The notes beneath the pieces were generated by a model, which had not been told where the DNA came from, searched no databases, and saw nothing but the letters and a program-made list of their open reading frames with translations. The translations under genes and the position numbers were made by a program. 64,000 nt of DNA from Eubacteriales bacterium (GTDB taxonomy: Bacteria > Bacillota > Clostridia > Oscillospirales > CAG-272): NCBI GenBank assembly GCA_045612105.1, contig JAZKYL010000153.1, forward strand, positions 14,832 through 78,831, written 5' to 3'. Shown piece by piece: positions 1 through 10,279 of this stretch (position 1 is the stretch's first letter; each line of letters starts with the position of its first letter).

Positions 1-130
1 CCGTATTCCATCATAAGGTTACCGATCTTTTCGCTGGACTCGTAGGCTTCCTTTGCCTTTTCCATACGGATCATTCTCTCGTCTTCTTTTATAGCCTTTC
101 CAAGCTCTGCTGCAAGTGAATAAATGCTCA
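1..130 (-). CDS. YlbF/YmcA-family protein, N-terminal part (gene runs off the window)
   Basis: Not in the ORF track because it is truncated. The reverse complement from 130 reads MSIYSLAAELGKAIKEDERMIRMEKAKEAYESSEKIGNLMMEY after a GAAAGGAA purine run. The helical Lys/Glu-rich N-terminus resembles YlbF/YmcA. Its position next to miaB mirrors ymcA-ymcB(miaB) in Bacillus. Confidence 0.4.
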
Positions 131-164
131 TTTTCTTTATTTCCTTTCAAATTTTAACAAGTTT

Positions 165-1598
165 TCAGATTTTGTCGCCGTAGAGCGCAAAGGTCTCGGC
201 GCGTGTGATCTTTATGTTTATGAATTTTCCAACGTCACTTTCATCTCCGTCGAACAGTACTATTTTATTTCCCTCGGTTCGACCCGAATATACGTTTTCG
301 TTATTTTTGCTCTTTCCGTCGCAAAGCACTTTGAGAATCTGACCCTCCAAAGGCTTGTTTTTCTCCAAAGCGATCTCGTTTTGAGTTTCGAGCAGAAGGT
401 TCATTCGCTCGCCCTTGATAGAGTCGGGAATCTGACAATCCATAGCCGCGGCTGGGGTGTCCTTTCTCGGTGAATAGATGAAGGAGTAGGTCATATCAAA
501 ACGCACCTTGCGGAGCATTTCGAGGGTCGCCTCAAAATCCTCATTAGTCTCTCCGGGGAAACCGACGATAATATCAGACGAGATAGTAACGTCGGGCACT
601 CTCTCACGGAGATAATTGACGGTTGAGAGATATTTTTCTCTGTCGTAGTGACGATTCATCGCCTTTAGAATACTGTCGCTTCCCGACTGCATCGGCAGGT
701 GGAATTGGTGCGCAATATGCTTTGAAGCAGCGATCACGTCGATAAGCTTTCTTGACGCATCCTTCGGGTGGCTGGTCATAAAGCGGATGAAATAATCACC
801 CTCGATCTTGTCGATATCGGCGAGCAGGTCGGCAAAGTCGTAGACCTCGCCGTCGTCGCTTTTAGCGTCCTTACCGTAGCTGTTTACGTTCTGACCGAGG
901 AGGGTTATGTCCTTGTAACCGCTCTCCACAAGCTCTCTTACCTCGGCAATGATATCCTCTGGGCGGCGGCTTCTCTCGCGTCCTCTGACGTAGGGCACGA
1001 TACAGTAGGTGCAGAAATTGTTGCAGCCGTACATTATCGACACCCACGCGCGGTAGGTGGACTCGCGGTAAATGGGGAGACCCTCGGCAACAAGATATTC
1101 CTTTTCCTCGGGACAGTAAAGCCTTTTTCCCTTTTCCATCTTGGTGTAGATGAGCTCGGGCAATCTATGGAGTGACGAGGTTCCAAGCACGAAATCAACG
1201 TAAGGGTAGCTGTGCTTGATGGTTTCCTTGCGGTGCTCCTGAGTTACCATGCAACCGCAAACACCGATAAGCATTTCGGGCTTTGCCGCCTTTAGGTGCT
1301 TATACTGACCAACTATGGAAAGCGCCTTTTGCTCGGCGTGCTCGCGTACCGCGCAGGTGTTGACCATAATCAGATCCGCTTCCTCGGGGGTATAACAAAT
1401 TTCATAGCCCATGGAACGGCACATTCCCGCAATTTTTTCACTGTCAGCCTCATTCTGTTGGCAACCGAAGGTCTGAACGAAAGCCTTCAAAGGCTTTCCG
1501 CTCTCCTCGGCTTTGGCAAGAATTATTGCGCGCACCAGGTCTCTGTATTCATTTTGCTTTTGCATCTCATTTTCGGGCAAAATTCTGTATTCTTTCAT
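165..1598 (-). CDS. miaB: tRNA-2-methylthio-N6-dimethylallyladenosine synthase (radical SAM methylthiotransferase)
   Basis: 477 aa. N-terminal MTTase motif FVQTFGCQQNEADSE, radical SAM CNNFCTYC, C-terminal TRAM-like region. Confidence 0.93.
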   Translation of the reverse strand: MKEYRILPENEMQKQNEYRDLVRAIILAKAEESGKPLKAFVQTFGCQQNEADSEKIAGMCRSMGYEICYTPEEADLIMVNTCAVREHAEQKALSIVGQYKHLKAAKPEMLIGVCGCMVTQEHRKETIKHSYPYVDFVLGTSSLHRLPELIYTKMEKGKRLYCPEEKEYLVAEGLPIYRESTYRAWVSIMYGCNNFCTYCIVPYVRGRERSRRPEDIIAEVRELVESGYKDITLLGQNVNSYGKDAKSDDGEVYDFADLLADIDKIEGDYFIRFMTSHPKDASRKLIDVIAASKHIAHQFHLPMQSGSDSILKAMNRHYDREKYLSTVNYLRERVPDVTISSDIIVGFPGETNEDFEATLEMLRKVRFDMTYSFIYSPRKDTPAAAMDCQIPDSIKGERMNLLLETQNEIALEKNKPLEGQILKVLCDGKSKNNENVYSGRTEGNKIVLFDGDESDVGKFINIKITRAETFALYGDKI

Positions 1599-1692
1599 AT
1601 ATTCTCTCTCAAATAAGCATAATTATAGATAATATATTATTATATAATAAAAATACGAAAATGTCAAGGGGGTTGGGGTGATTTTGTCGTAG

Positions 1693-1716
1693 TAAAAAAA
1701 GCCCGCCAAGCGGGCT
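1693..1716 (-). terminator. Rho-independent terminator downstream of the 1771-2241 gene
   Basis: AGCCCGC / GCGGGCT stem (1700-1706 / 1710-1716) followed on the minus strand by a T run (A run 1693-1700 on plus). Confidence 0.7.
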
Positions 1717-1770
1717 TAAAAATATTCTTTTTACGTAACTATTTGATAATTAATAACAATAACCAAAAAG

Positions 1771-2241
1771 CTAAATAATCAACACAAATCCAATAACCAC
1801 GCATAATACTATTACCAGCAACACAACAAAAGAAATAACGATATATTCATCTCCGGACACGGTCAGCCTTTGATTTTTTAACACGGTCTTTATATATGCT
1901 CTTTGCGGTTTTTTTGTTTGATAAACAACATCAACAACCGCTGGCAAATCTCCTTTTTTCGCGGGAAGTCCGCTATCAATCAAATATTCTTTTCCGTCAA
2001 CTCGGTATACGTAAACAAACTTCAAATAATTTTTAACAATTGTTTTGCTAAAAAAATGTCTTCCAAGAACTGCATTTTTTATGTGTTCTTGTCTTCTCAA
2101 AACACCCTTACACTTTTTGCACTTGTCAGGATTTCGAAAATCCATACCCGTTTTAAACAAATAAAACCATAAAGCGAAAAATCCTAAACCCATCAATAAA
2201 ACTACGCAACCAATTATCTTTTCTGCAAGTATCTCATCCAT
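1771..2241 (-). CDS. hypothetical membrane protein
   Basis: 156 aa with hydrophobic helices at both ends (IIGCVVLLMGLGFFALWFYLF; IVISFVVLLVIVLCVVIGFVLII). No recognisable motif. Confidence 0.6.
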   Translation of the reverse strand: MDEILAEKIIGCVVLLMGLGFFALWFYLFKTGMDFRNPDKCKKCKGVLRRQEHIKNAVLGRHFFSKTIVKNYLKFVYVYRVDGKEYLIDSGLPAKKGDLPAVVDVVYQTKKPQRAYIKTVLKNQRLTVSGDEYIVISFVVLLVIVLCVVIGFVLII

Positions 2242-2277
2242 AATTTCACAAATAATTACATCTATAACGCAGATTGA

Positions 2278-3141
2278 TTATCTTTCCCCTCTGGCGATAC
2301 TTGCCGCGGTGAGGGTGTTTTTAAGAAGCATTGTGATAGTCATAGGACCTACGCCGCCTGGGACGGGGGTGATATAGGATGCCTTGGGCTCGACCTCAGC
2401 GAAGCATACGTCGCCGCAAAGCTTGCCGTCGGCCTTGCGATTGATTCCAACGTCAACCACAACGGCTCCCTCCTTGACCATATCGCCCTTAACGAATTCG
2501 GGCTTACCGATAGATGCAACGAGAATGTCGGCTTCACGGCAGATCTCGGCAAGATTCTGAGTTCTGCTGTGGCAAATAGTCACCGTACCGTTAGCGTGGA
2601 GCAAGAGCATCGCCATAGGCTTGCCCACGATATTGGAGCGACCGATAACCACGCACTTTTTGCCGCAAACGTCGATTCCGCTCTTTTCGAGCAATACCAT
2701 AACGCCTGCAGGTGTGCAAGGAAGAAGATCGTGATTTCCGATCATTATTTTTCCCACGTTATAAGGGTGGAATGCGTCAACGTCCTTTTCGGGTCTGATC
2801 TTCAGAAGCACCTCGGTTTCATTGAGATGCTTGGGGAGAGGCAGCTGAACGAGAATTCCGTGAATTTTGTCGTCGTTATTAAGTCTTTCAACCAGCGCGA
2901 TAAGCTCCTCTTGCGTTGTGCTTTCGGGCAGCTCGTAGCTCTCGGAATAAAATCCGACCTCCTCACATCCCTTTTTCTTATTTCTTACGTAAACCTGAGA
3001 TGCGGGATCATTTCCAACAATAATTACCGCAAGACCGGGCGCGGAATCATACTTTTTCTTGAACTCGACCACCTCTGCGGCAATCTCTTCTCTTACCTGC
3101 TTGGAAATAGCCTTTCCGTCAATTATCTGTGCCATTTTCAT
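2278..3141 (-). CDS. folD: bifunctional methylenetetrahydrofolate dehydrogenase / methenyl-THF cyclohydrolase
   Basis: 287 aa. Typical FolD N-terminus IIDGKAISKQVREE, VGNDPASQVYVRNK, GILVQLPLP, GRSNIVGKPMAMLL, TPVPGGVGPMT. Confidence 0.95.
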   Translation of the reverse strand: MKMAQIIDGKAISKQVREEIAAEVVEFKKKYDSAPGLAVIIVGNDPASQVYVRNKKKGCEEVGFYSESYELPESTTQEELIALVERLNNDDKIHGILVQLPLPKHLNETEVLLKIRPEKDVDAFHPYNVGKIMIGNHDLLPCTPAGVMVLLEKSGIDVCGKKCVVIGRSNIVGKPMAMLLLHANGTVTICHSRTQNLAEICREADILVASIGKPEFVKGDMVKEGAVVVDVGINRKADGKLCGDVCFAEVEPKASYITPVPGGVGPMTITMLLKNTLTAASIARGER

Positions 3142-4177
3142 CTTCCTTTCGGTTATTATCTGTATTTTCTTCTACGACGCTCTCTTCGGTGACGTTTTCG
3201 GTATTCGTTTCATTTTCTTCTGTTTTCTCTTCGGTCTTTTCTACTTTTTTAGCGAAAAATACGGGATTTTCTACAAGCGAGGGCTTGAGAAGCTTTGCAA
3301 AGCCTGCAAGCTCGGTGTCTCCCTCAAGCTTTTTCGAATAGATAAGTCCCCAAATAAGCAGACCGCCAAAAACCAAGAAGCACAAAAATCCTACCACCTG
3401 TGATATACGGAAAGGTCCCACGTAGAGACTATCGGTACGAAGTGCCTCAATGAACATTCTGCCAAATCCATACCAGGAAAGGTACATGCAAGCTATCTGA
3501 CCATTGAATTTTTTCTTTTTATAGAAGATATTAATCAAAATAAAGCCCGTTATATTCCAAAGCGACTCATAGAGGAAGGTGGGGTGAACGTAGACCATAT
3601 TGTAGGTATGAAAATCGGACACGGTATTGCTTGAAATCAGTCCCATTCGCATAAAATACAGAGGACTTCCGGGGCTTACAAGACCGCCGAAAGCTTCTCC
3701 GTTGAAGAAGTTGCCCCATCTGCCCATAGCCTGAGCGATCATTACACCGGGGCCGATCATATCAAGCAGCTTCAAAGTATTCATCTTCTTTACTCTCGTT
3801 ACAATGACGATACCGAGAATACCACCGATGATACCGCCGTATATGGCAAGTCCGCCGCCGCGCACGTTGAAAACGTTCTTTATAAACTGCAAAAAATCAA
3901 ATGGCTCGGGGATATACATATCAAGCGAGGTCAAAACGTAATAAAGTCTTGCTCCGATAACACCAAGAATTACGGTCCAAATACCGATATCCAAAATATC
4001 GTCAAGCTTTATGCTCTCGTACTTGCCGCGGAAAATTGCGTAAAGAAACGCGAAAACTATACCGCAGGTAATAATTACACCGTACCAATATACCGGGAAA
4101 TCTCCAATGGTAAAGGCAACGTTATCGAGCTGAAACTCGCCGATACCAAGCCCGGGAAAAGCAACTAAGTTTTTCAT
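3119..4177 (-). CDS. lgt: prolipoprotein diacylglyceryl transferase with acidic C-terminal tail
   Basis: Start moved to MKNLVAFPGLG (ATG 4175-4177) behind an AAGGAG RBS. Lgt motifs GRWGNFFNGEAFG and GARLYYV are present. The Glu/Thr/Asn-rich tail overlaps the folD start. Confidence 0.9.
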   Translation of the reverse strand: MKNLVAFPGLGIGEFQLDNVAFTIGDFPVYWYGVIITCGIVFAFLYAIFRGKYESIKLDDILDIGIWTVILGVIGARLYYVLTSLDMYIPEPFDFLQFIKNVFNVRGGGLAIYGGIIGGILGIVIVTRVKKMNTLKLLDMIGPGVMIAQAMGRWGNFFNGEAFGGLVSPGSPLYFMRMGLISSNTVSDFHTYNMVYVHPTFLYESLWNITGFILINIFYKKKKFNGQIACMYLSWYGFGRMFIEALRTDSLYVGPFRISQVVGFLCFLVFGGLLIWGLIYSKKLEGDTELAGFAKLLKPSLVENPVFFAKKVEKTEEKTEENETNTENVTEESVVEENTDNNRKEDENGTDN

Positions 4178-4194
4178 AATAATCCGCTCCTTAA

Positions 4195-5478
4195 TTATTC
4201 TTCGGGTTTTACTACAGAAAGGACGAAACACTCGTCAGAGAAGGTCTTTTCAAGCAATTCTTCCACGTATTCAAAGGTGATGCTGCCGATAATATCCGGA
4301 TAATCAAAAAGACCTATCTTATCGTAAGCGTAGCTTGTGAGGGCAAAAGCTATATCCTCGGTAGAGTCAAAATCGGACACGTAAGAAGAATAAAGACATT
4401 TCTTTTCCCTCTCAAAATCGGCTCTGTCGAGTCGATTTTTGCGACAATATGCGATATGTTCCTTAATTTTAGCTAACAATAGCTCCGGGTTATCGCTCTC
4501 GCCCGAGATCATAACGTATGCCGTCTTAGGACTTGCAGAATATCCGCTGTCAAATCCGGGAGAGACTATGCCTTGCTCCAACATATCAAGATAAAACTCA
4601 CCCGCCTCGGAAAGCATCATATGTAGAAGAATATTCATTCCCTCGGTCTTTTTGTATCTATCAATGGGTGACTGAGGAATATCCGTGTCCTTGACTCCTA
4701 TACAGAAAAGCGGCTTGCCTACGGGCATTTTCTTATCGACGTAAGGAATTCTTGCTTCACGCGGCTCCTCAAAGCCAACAAATTTTGATCTGAACTCTCT
4801 TTTTTCGGTTCCAATCTCACGATCGACGATCTCAATCGTCTCCTCTACGGTAATATTACCGCAAAGGCAAAGTACCATATTTTCGGGGGTGTAAAAATCA
4901 CTACAACAGAGATAAAGTACCTCGGGAGTTATTCCCCCGATCGAATCCTCGCTGCCGCATATCTCATTCTTGACGGGGTTTTCAAAATACATCGCGTCAA
5001 GCATATTCATATAGCAACGGTCGTATGGGTCGTCCATACAGCCTCTTATCTCTTCTGCGATGATGCCGATCTCTTTTTTAACGGTTTCCTTTGTGAAATA
5101 AGGATGGGTCACGAAATAAAGCAGGTGGCTGACCGCTTCTTTTACGTTTTCCGTAGCAGAGAAAAGATATGCTGTGCGCTCGTTGGAGGTATAGGCATTA
5201 TCATATGCTCCAAGGGCTGAAAAAACGTCGTCTGCGTTACTTCCGTCTTCATTTTCAAAGAGCTTATGCTCAAGAAAATGAGCGCAACCCTGAGGTAATA
5301 CTACCCTCTCGTTTCCAAAGTCATATTCGATAGCATTTCCACCGAAGTTGACGGAAAAAACACCGTACGTAGTGGTCATATTCTTTGGAAACACAAAGAC
5401 AGTCAAGCCACTGTCGTGGTCGATCTTATAATAATGCTCGCCAAGAAGAGACGACTCATATTTTTTGATCTCACTCAT
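4195..5478 (-). CDS. M16 family zinc peptidase (insulinase-like, active subunit)
   Basis: HFLEHKLFE (HxxEH zinc motif). The start MSEIKKYES overlaps the stop of the upstream M16 gene (ATGAGTGA), which indicates translational coupling. Confidence 0.85.
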   Translation of the reverse strand: MSEIKKYESSLLGEHYYKIDHDSGLTVFVFPKNMTTTYGVFSVNFGGNAIEYDFGNERVVLPQGCAHFLEHKLFENEDGSNADDVFSALGAYDNAYTSNERTAYLFSATENVKEAVSHLLYFVTHPYFTKETVKKEIGIIAEEIRGCMDDPYDRCYMNMLDAMYFENPVKNEICGSEDSIGGITPEVLYLCCSDFYTPENMVLCLCGNITVEETIEIVDREIGTEKREFRSKFVGFEEPREARIPYVDKKMPVGKPLFCIGVKDTDIPQSPIDRYKKTEGMNILLHMMLSEAGEFYLDMLEQGIVSPGFDSGYSASPKTAYVMISGESDNPELLLAKIKEHIAYCRKNRLDRADFEREKKCLYSSYVSDFDSTEDIAFALTSYAYDKIGLFDYPDIIGSITFEYVEELLEKTFSDECFVLSVVKPEE

Positions 5479-6793
5479 CGCACTCTTCCTCCTCTTCACC
5501 GTTTCCGCAAAGGAAATAGACGGTATCAAATCTGACCTTGTTTGCCACCGCAACGATCTCTTCCTTCGTCACGTTATTTATTCTTACAACGACGTCCTCG
5601 GGACTTTCGTCAACGTCTGCCAGATATCTTCTGAATTTAAATGCCGCAATAGCAGCGGGACTGTCTGACGTCTGCATAACACTGGATATAAGGGTTCTTT
5701 TCGCTGTCTCGATATCTTCAGCAGTAAAATTACCCGCCTGCATCTCACGCAGCTGAGTCTCAATTTCCGTATAAGCCACGTCACGGTTCTCGGCTTTTAT
5801 GCCACACGCGATCATAATTACACCCGTAGCCGAGCTGTACGACGAATAGCAATAATAGCAAAGGCTTTTCCTCTCTCTTACGTTCATAAAGAGCTTTGCT
5901 ACCGAAGAACCTCCGAATATCTCATTGAAAAGAACGGCGGCATAGCTTTCGGGATCGCTCATAACGATACCGCTTGTGCAACCGATATTAAGTCTCGCCT
6001 GAGAGACGTTCATTGTCTCCTCAAGAGCTTTAATTTCTGCATCAGTATCTCTTAGAAAAGCGGTCTCTTTACCGAAAAGCTCACGTTTTTCTCTACCAAG
6101 AGCGGCAAATCTGTTTCCGATAAGCTCTGCTACCTCGCTTACATCGTCACTGCCCACGTAGTAGCATTCAAGCACCGATTCCTTGAGGAAAACGTCAATA
6201 TTATCCGAAACCTCGGTAAGGGTCATTTTTTCAAGCTGCTCCACGGTTCCTCGCGTGCTTATTCCCGCAGGATCGCCTTCTAACATAAGACTTGCACACT
6301 TTTCAGCGGCATAGGATTTCTGGTTATTTATTTTTGCCTTTATAGCGTCGATTGCAAGCCCTCTCTCACTCTCAAAATTGCTTTTTGAAAGCAGACCGTC
6401 CTCTCCTCTGAGCGGAGCAAACAATATTTCAAGAATTATCTCGCAAACGCCCTTAACTATACTTTCCCTGTCGTCCGAAAATCTGAATCTGTCGCTCAGC
6501 ATCTCGCAGGAAATCCTGAATATATGACGCGATCCAACCGAAACCGCGCGCCAGGTCACGGTGGCTCCGTAAAGCTCGTCAAGACGCTTATTTATCGCTA
6601 CTACCGACGGATATTTTTCACATCCTCGCATCATAGTCGCCATCATCAGCGCCGTTTTAGGAGATCTTTCAGCATCCGCCGGCAAAATAAAATTAAACGA
6701 CAAACGCGACATTTTGAATCTATCTGTTTTTACCGTATGAAAACGGAGAGCTGCATCTGCTCTCTCTATAGTTTTTTCTATCATCTCTGACAT
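5471..6793 (-). CDS. M16 family peptidase-like protein (no HxxEH seen; probable non-catalytic partner)
   Basis: 440 aa. Paired with and coupled to the downstream M16 gene, an arrangement like ymfF/ymfH. Confidence 0.75.
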   Translation of the reverse strand: MSEMIEKTIERADAALRFHTVKTDRFKMSRLSFNFILPADAERSPKTALMMATMMRGCEKYPSVVAINKRLDELYGATVTWRAVSVGSRHIFRISCEMLSDRFRFSDDRESIVKGVCEIILEILFAPLRGEDGLLSKSNFESERGLAIDAIKAKINNQKSYAAEKCASLMLEGDPAGISTRGTVEQLEKMTLTEVSDNIDVFLKESVLECYYVGSDDVSEVAELIGNRFAALGREKRELFGKETAFLRDTDAEIKALEETMNVSQARLNIGCTSGIVMSDPESYAAVLFNEIFGGSSVAKLFMNVRERKSLCYYCYSSYSSATGVIMIACGIKAENRDVAYTEIETQLREMQAGNFTAEDIETAKRTLISSVMQTSDSPAAIAAFKFRRYLADVDESPEDVVVRINNVTKEEIVAVANKVRFDTVYFLCGNGEEEEECDE

Positions 6794-6974
6794 TTATCCC
6801 CCAAATACGGAGATAAAATCCTTTCAAATACATATTTAATATATTTTACACCATTTCCTCATTTTTTTCAAGTGGTATTTATAATTTAATCCTCATTTTA
6901 TAAAAAGTTCTTGAAAAAATGGGGCGCGGGGGAGAAAAGTCTTCTTTCAAGAAGTTTTTCTCCCCCGCAAACGC

Positions 6975-7811
6975 TTATTTATTACATTTTTTAATTATCA
7001 TATCAGCCGCCGCATCAAGATAATCGCACTGAATTCTCTCTACCGCGCCGCAATCGATGAACGCCGCAACCTCGGGATCGATCGGGAGCTTTGCAAGCAG
7101 GTCGTAGCCGAATTCGTTTGCAATATCATCGATATGACTTTCACCGAAGATCTTGATCTCCTTGCCGCAATCGGGACACTTGATATAACTCATATTCTCA
7201 ACGAGACCAAGCACAGGAATACTCATCATATCAGCCATATTCGCAGCCTTTTTAACGATCATGGAAACCAGATCCTGAGGGCTGGAAACGATTATACAGC
7301 CGTCGATGGGAAGGCTCTGGAATACGGTCAGCGGAACGTCGCCCGTTCCGGGAGGGCAGTCGATAAGGAGATAATCAAGGTCGCCCCAAGCCGCATCCGT
7401 CCAGAACTGACGAACTGTTCCCGAGATGATCGAGCCTCTCCAAACTACGGGGTGACTTTCGTCATCAAGCATAAGATTTACCGAAAGAATCTTGATACCC
7501 GTAGCAGTTTCGGGGGGAAGCATATTTCCCTCTCCGTCGCCGTCTACGTCGTCGTGCATTCCAAATGCCTTAGGAATAGAGGGACCTGTAATATCCGCAT
7601 CAAGGATACCGACGCTGTATCCCTTTCTATTCAAATGAACTGCCAGCATCGAGGTGACGAGAGATTTACCGACTCCGCCCTTTCCGCTCATTACGGCAAT
7701 TATGTGCTTTACGTTACTTTTTTTGTTGGGCTCGTCCTTGGGGATACCGCCGTTCTTGGACGGACAATTCAAGGAACACGAGGAACAATCATGAGTGCAT
7801 CCTTCTGCCAT
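6975..7811 (-). CDS. mrp: Mrp/NBP35 family ATP-binding Fe-S cluster carrier
   Basis: Deviant Walker A SGKGGVGKS, Cys-rich N-terminus CTHDCSSCSLNC, CPDCG near the C-terminus. Confidence 0.88.
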   Translation of the reverse strand: MAEGCTHDCSSCSLNCPSKNGGIPKDEPNKKSNVKHIIAVMSGKGGVGKSLVTSMLAVHLNRKGYSVGILDADITGPSIPKAFGMHDDVDGDGEGNMLPPETATGIKILSVNLMLDDESHPVVWRGSIISGTVRQFWTDAAWGDLDYLLIDCPPGTGDVPLTVFQSLPIDGCIIVSSPQDLVSMIVKKAANMADMMSIPVLGLVENMSYIKCPDCGKEIKIFGESHIDDIANEFGYDLLAKLPIDPEVAAFIDCGAVERIQCDYLDAAADMIIKKCNK

Positions 7812-7914
7812 TTTAAACCTCCGAATTTATATAAAGATAATTTTTACCAAAGGATATTATACAACATTATTCGCAAAAAAGCAATAGCATTTTCGGAAAA
7901 AGAAAAAAATAAAA

Positions 7915-7950
7915 AGGAATCTCTCACGGAGACTCCCTTTTATTTTTGCT
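7915..7950 (-). terminator. terminator after rpmF
   Basis: GGAATCTC...GAGACTCC hairpin flanked by A/T runs directly downstream of rpmF. Confidence 0.5.
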
Positions 7951-7960
7951 TTTGTGTCAA

Positions 7961-8152
7961 TTAAGCCTCTTTTACGTTGAGAACCTTCTTGCCGTTGTAG
8001 AAGCCGCAAACCTTGCATACGCAGTGGGGCTTGAGCATCTCGGAGCAAGCGGGGTTGGAGCACTTAACAAGTCCGGGCATAGTAAGCTTGGAGTTGTTGC
8101 TTCTTCTCTTATCTCTGCGTGCTTTGGACACTTTTCTCTTCGGTACTGCCAT
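7961..8152 (-). CDS. rpmF: 50S ribosomal protein L32
   Basis: MAVPKRKVSKARRDKRRS N-terminus and CxxC...CxxC zinc ribbon. Confidence 0.95.
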   Translation of the reverse strand: MAVPKRKVSKARRDKRRSNNSKLTMPGLVKCSNPACSEMLKPHCVCKVCGFYNGKKVLNVKEA

Positions 8153-8226
8153 TGTGAAACCTCCTCTCGAAAACGCTTTCCGCGTTCCCGATTATAATAA
8201 AATTATTTTTTACTGTTTATGAGCGT

Positions 8227-8745
8227 TTAAGTCTCGTCTTCCTTGTTCAGCAGTTGTGCTAAAACCGCAAGTCTGGGATCGATCTCCTTCTTTGGGCAAC
8301 CGCAGTCACCATCCTTGAGAGATTTACCGCACTTGGGGCAGAGTCCGGGGCAATCCTCTGAGCAAAGGATCTTACGGGGGAAATCAAGCAAGAGCGCTTC
8401 GGAAAGCTGCTCATCGATATCGAGACGACCGTTTTCAACGATAACGTACTCGTCAACGTTGTCCTCGATCTGTTCCTCGGTAAGGGTTCCCTCGTCGGCG
8501 ACCACTCTTTCGAAATCAAGCACAAATTCGCCCGTGACGGTATCGAGACACCTGTCGCACTCGGTCTCATACGCAAGCTGAGCCTGAGCCTTCAGTTGCA
8601 TATAACCTGCACTGTTGGTTATCTCACCCGAAACGTGCGCGTCGTCCTTGAAGCTGACTCTGTCCATAGGAATGGGTTCAAGCTTGTAATCAAAGGTTAT
8701 TCGGTTTTTCTCTCCTCTGAGGAGAGGTCCTACGTCCAATATCAT
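8227..8745 (-). CDS. YceD/DUF177 family protein
   Basis: Start moved to MILDVGPLL (ATG 8743-8745). C-terminal CSEDCPGLCPKCG motif. Conserved yceD-rpmF synteny. Confidence 0.85.
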   Translation of the reverse strand: MILDVGPLLRGEKNRITFDYKLEPIPMDRVSFKDDAHVSGEITNSAGYMQLKAQAQLAYETECDRCLDTVTGEFVLDFERVVADEGTLTEEQIEDNVDEYVIVENGRLDIDEQLSEALLLDFPRKILCSEDCPGLCPKCGKSLKDGDCGCPKKEIDPRLAVLAQLLNKEDET

Positions 8746-8940
8746 ACAAAAACCACCCTTCTTCAAGACATAAAACGCGACTTTAATTATTATACATAAT
8801 AAAATGCGATTTGTCAAGAGTTTTTTTCATTTTTTAGAGGGATTTTTTACAAAATTCAAAAAAATTCTTTTTTCTTGACAGAACGTAGCAAAAATGTTAT
8901 ACTATATATTGTTAAACAAGTATTCAAGAAAGGAGAGCTT

Positions 8941-10149
8941 ATGAAAACCGTAGGCATCGTATGCGAATACAACCCTTTTCACATGGGTCACAAGCGGCAA
9001 TTTGATCTTTTGCGCGAGAGCGGCGCGGAGACGATAATCTGCGCAATGAGCGGTAATTTTTCCGAGCGCGGTGAGTTGACAGTTGCCGACAAATACACCC
9101 GTGCCGAATCTGCCGTAAAATGCGGCGCGGATATAGTCGTTGAGCTTCCCTTTCCCTTTTCTTCCTTTTCCGCAGAAGGATTTGCTAGGTCGGGCGTTCA
9201 CATTTTGTCAAACCTAGGTTGTGACACGCTGTCCTTCGGAAGCGAGTGCGCAGACAAAGAGCTTTTGATGCGCGCGGCTGACATTGTTTTGTCGGAGAAC
9301 TTTGTTCGAGCTTACACCGAAGCCTACAAAAACCAAGGGGCGGCAAAGTCCTATTTCGACCTGCTCACATCGCATCTCGGAGAGGATACATCTCTCTTAT
9401 CCAATGACATTTTAGCGATTTCCTACATCGCCGCTATCAAGCGTGAGAATTTGAAACTTGAAGTTTTCCCCATCAGGCGTGAGGGGGCGGCGTATACCGA
9501 AAATCAACTTGGCGACGATTACCCCAGTGCAACTGCCATCCGCCAAGCGGTCAAAAATTCTTCCGAGGAATTTTTCTCATTATCGGACAAGTATCTGCCG
9601 GGTGAGGCTCTTGAAACCCTTCAAAACGCTCAAAAAGCCGGACTTGCGCCTGTATTTACCAACAATATCGGCTCAGATATATTGAGCTTCTTCAAGCTGA
9701 TGTCCCCCGATGATATTATTGCAAGGGCGATCAAAAAATCAGGCGGCGGCACGACTGTTGCCGAGGACGGTTGCGGACTTGTGGAAAGACTTTGCAACTG
9801 CGCGAAAAAATCCAAAAGCTTCGATGCTTTTATCGATAGCGCATACAATTCCAGATATACCGATGCGAGAGTCAACCGTGTAATGCTCTTTTCCCTGATT
9901 GGAGTATCGGACATTTTTGCAAAAGCTGTTCCCGAGTACGCAATTTTGCTTGGGGCAAGTGAAAAGGGTCGGAAGTACCTTTCAGAGATCAGAAAAACAC
10001 CGGGATTCCCCATAATAACAAAACCTGCTGACGCTCCCGCGGGAGTTTTGACGGATATTCTGCAACTTTCCGATTCACTTTACGCATCTGCAATGCCAAA
10101 GGGCATAAATTTCGACTTTTTTATAAAAAAACACCCTTTTATGGGATAA
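8941..10149 (+). CDS. tmcAL: tRNA(Met) cytidine acetate ligase (UPF0348 nucleotidyltransferase)
   Basis: The ATG at 8941 gives MKTVGIVCEYNPFHMGHKRQ, the HxGH nucleotidyltransferase motif typical of TmcAL/YlbM. Confidence 0.85.
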   Translation: MKTVGIVCEYNPFHMGHKRQFDLLRESGAETIICAMSGNFSERGELTVADKYTRAESAVKCGADIVVELPFPFSSFSAEGFARSGVHILSNLGCDTLSFGSECADKELLMRAADIVLSENFVRAYTEAYKNQGAAKSYFDLLTSHLGEDTSLLSNDILAISYIAAIKRENLKLEVFPIRREGAAYTENQLGDDYPSATAIRQAVKNSSEEFFSLSDKYLPGEALETLQNAQKAGLAPVFTNNIGSDILSFFKLMSPDDIIARAIKKSGGGTTVAEDGCGLVERLCNCAKKSKSFDAFIDSAYNSRYTDARVNRVMLFSLIGVSDIFAKAVPEYAILLGASEKGRKYLSEIRKTPGFPIITKPADAPAGVLTDILQLSDSLYASAMPKGINFDFFIKKHPFMG

Positions 10150-10185
10150 AATTGTAAATTAAACGAAAACAATAAGATTTTTGTG

Positions 10186-10214
10186 TTGACTTACAGACTT
10201 TTATATGATATAAT
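10186..10214 (+). promoter_or_regulatory. sigma-70-type promoter for the small gene at 10280
   Basis: TTGACT (10186-10191), 17 nt spacer, TATAAT (10209-10214) preceded by TGA (extended -10). Confidence 0.6.
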
Positions 10215-10279
10215 TTGTTATTGATATATTTTCGCAAATTCAGAGAAAGGATTTCGAGCAATCGAAAAGGTGATATATA

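Noticed and set aside
4195-6793. Paired M16 peptidases as a possible RiPP/bacteriocin maturation module
   Set aside because: There is no precursor peptide, radical SAM maturase or transporter nearby. The arrangement matches the widespread housekeeping ymfF/ymfH-type pair.
7134-7964. 276-aa ORF on the plus strand
   Set aside because: Antisense to mrp, and it runs on through the intergenic region into the opposite strand of rpmF. Arg/His-rich nonsense composition.
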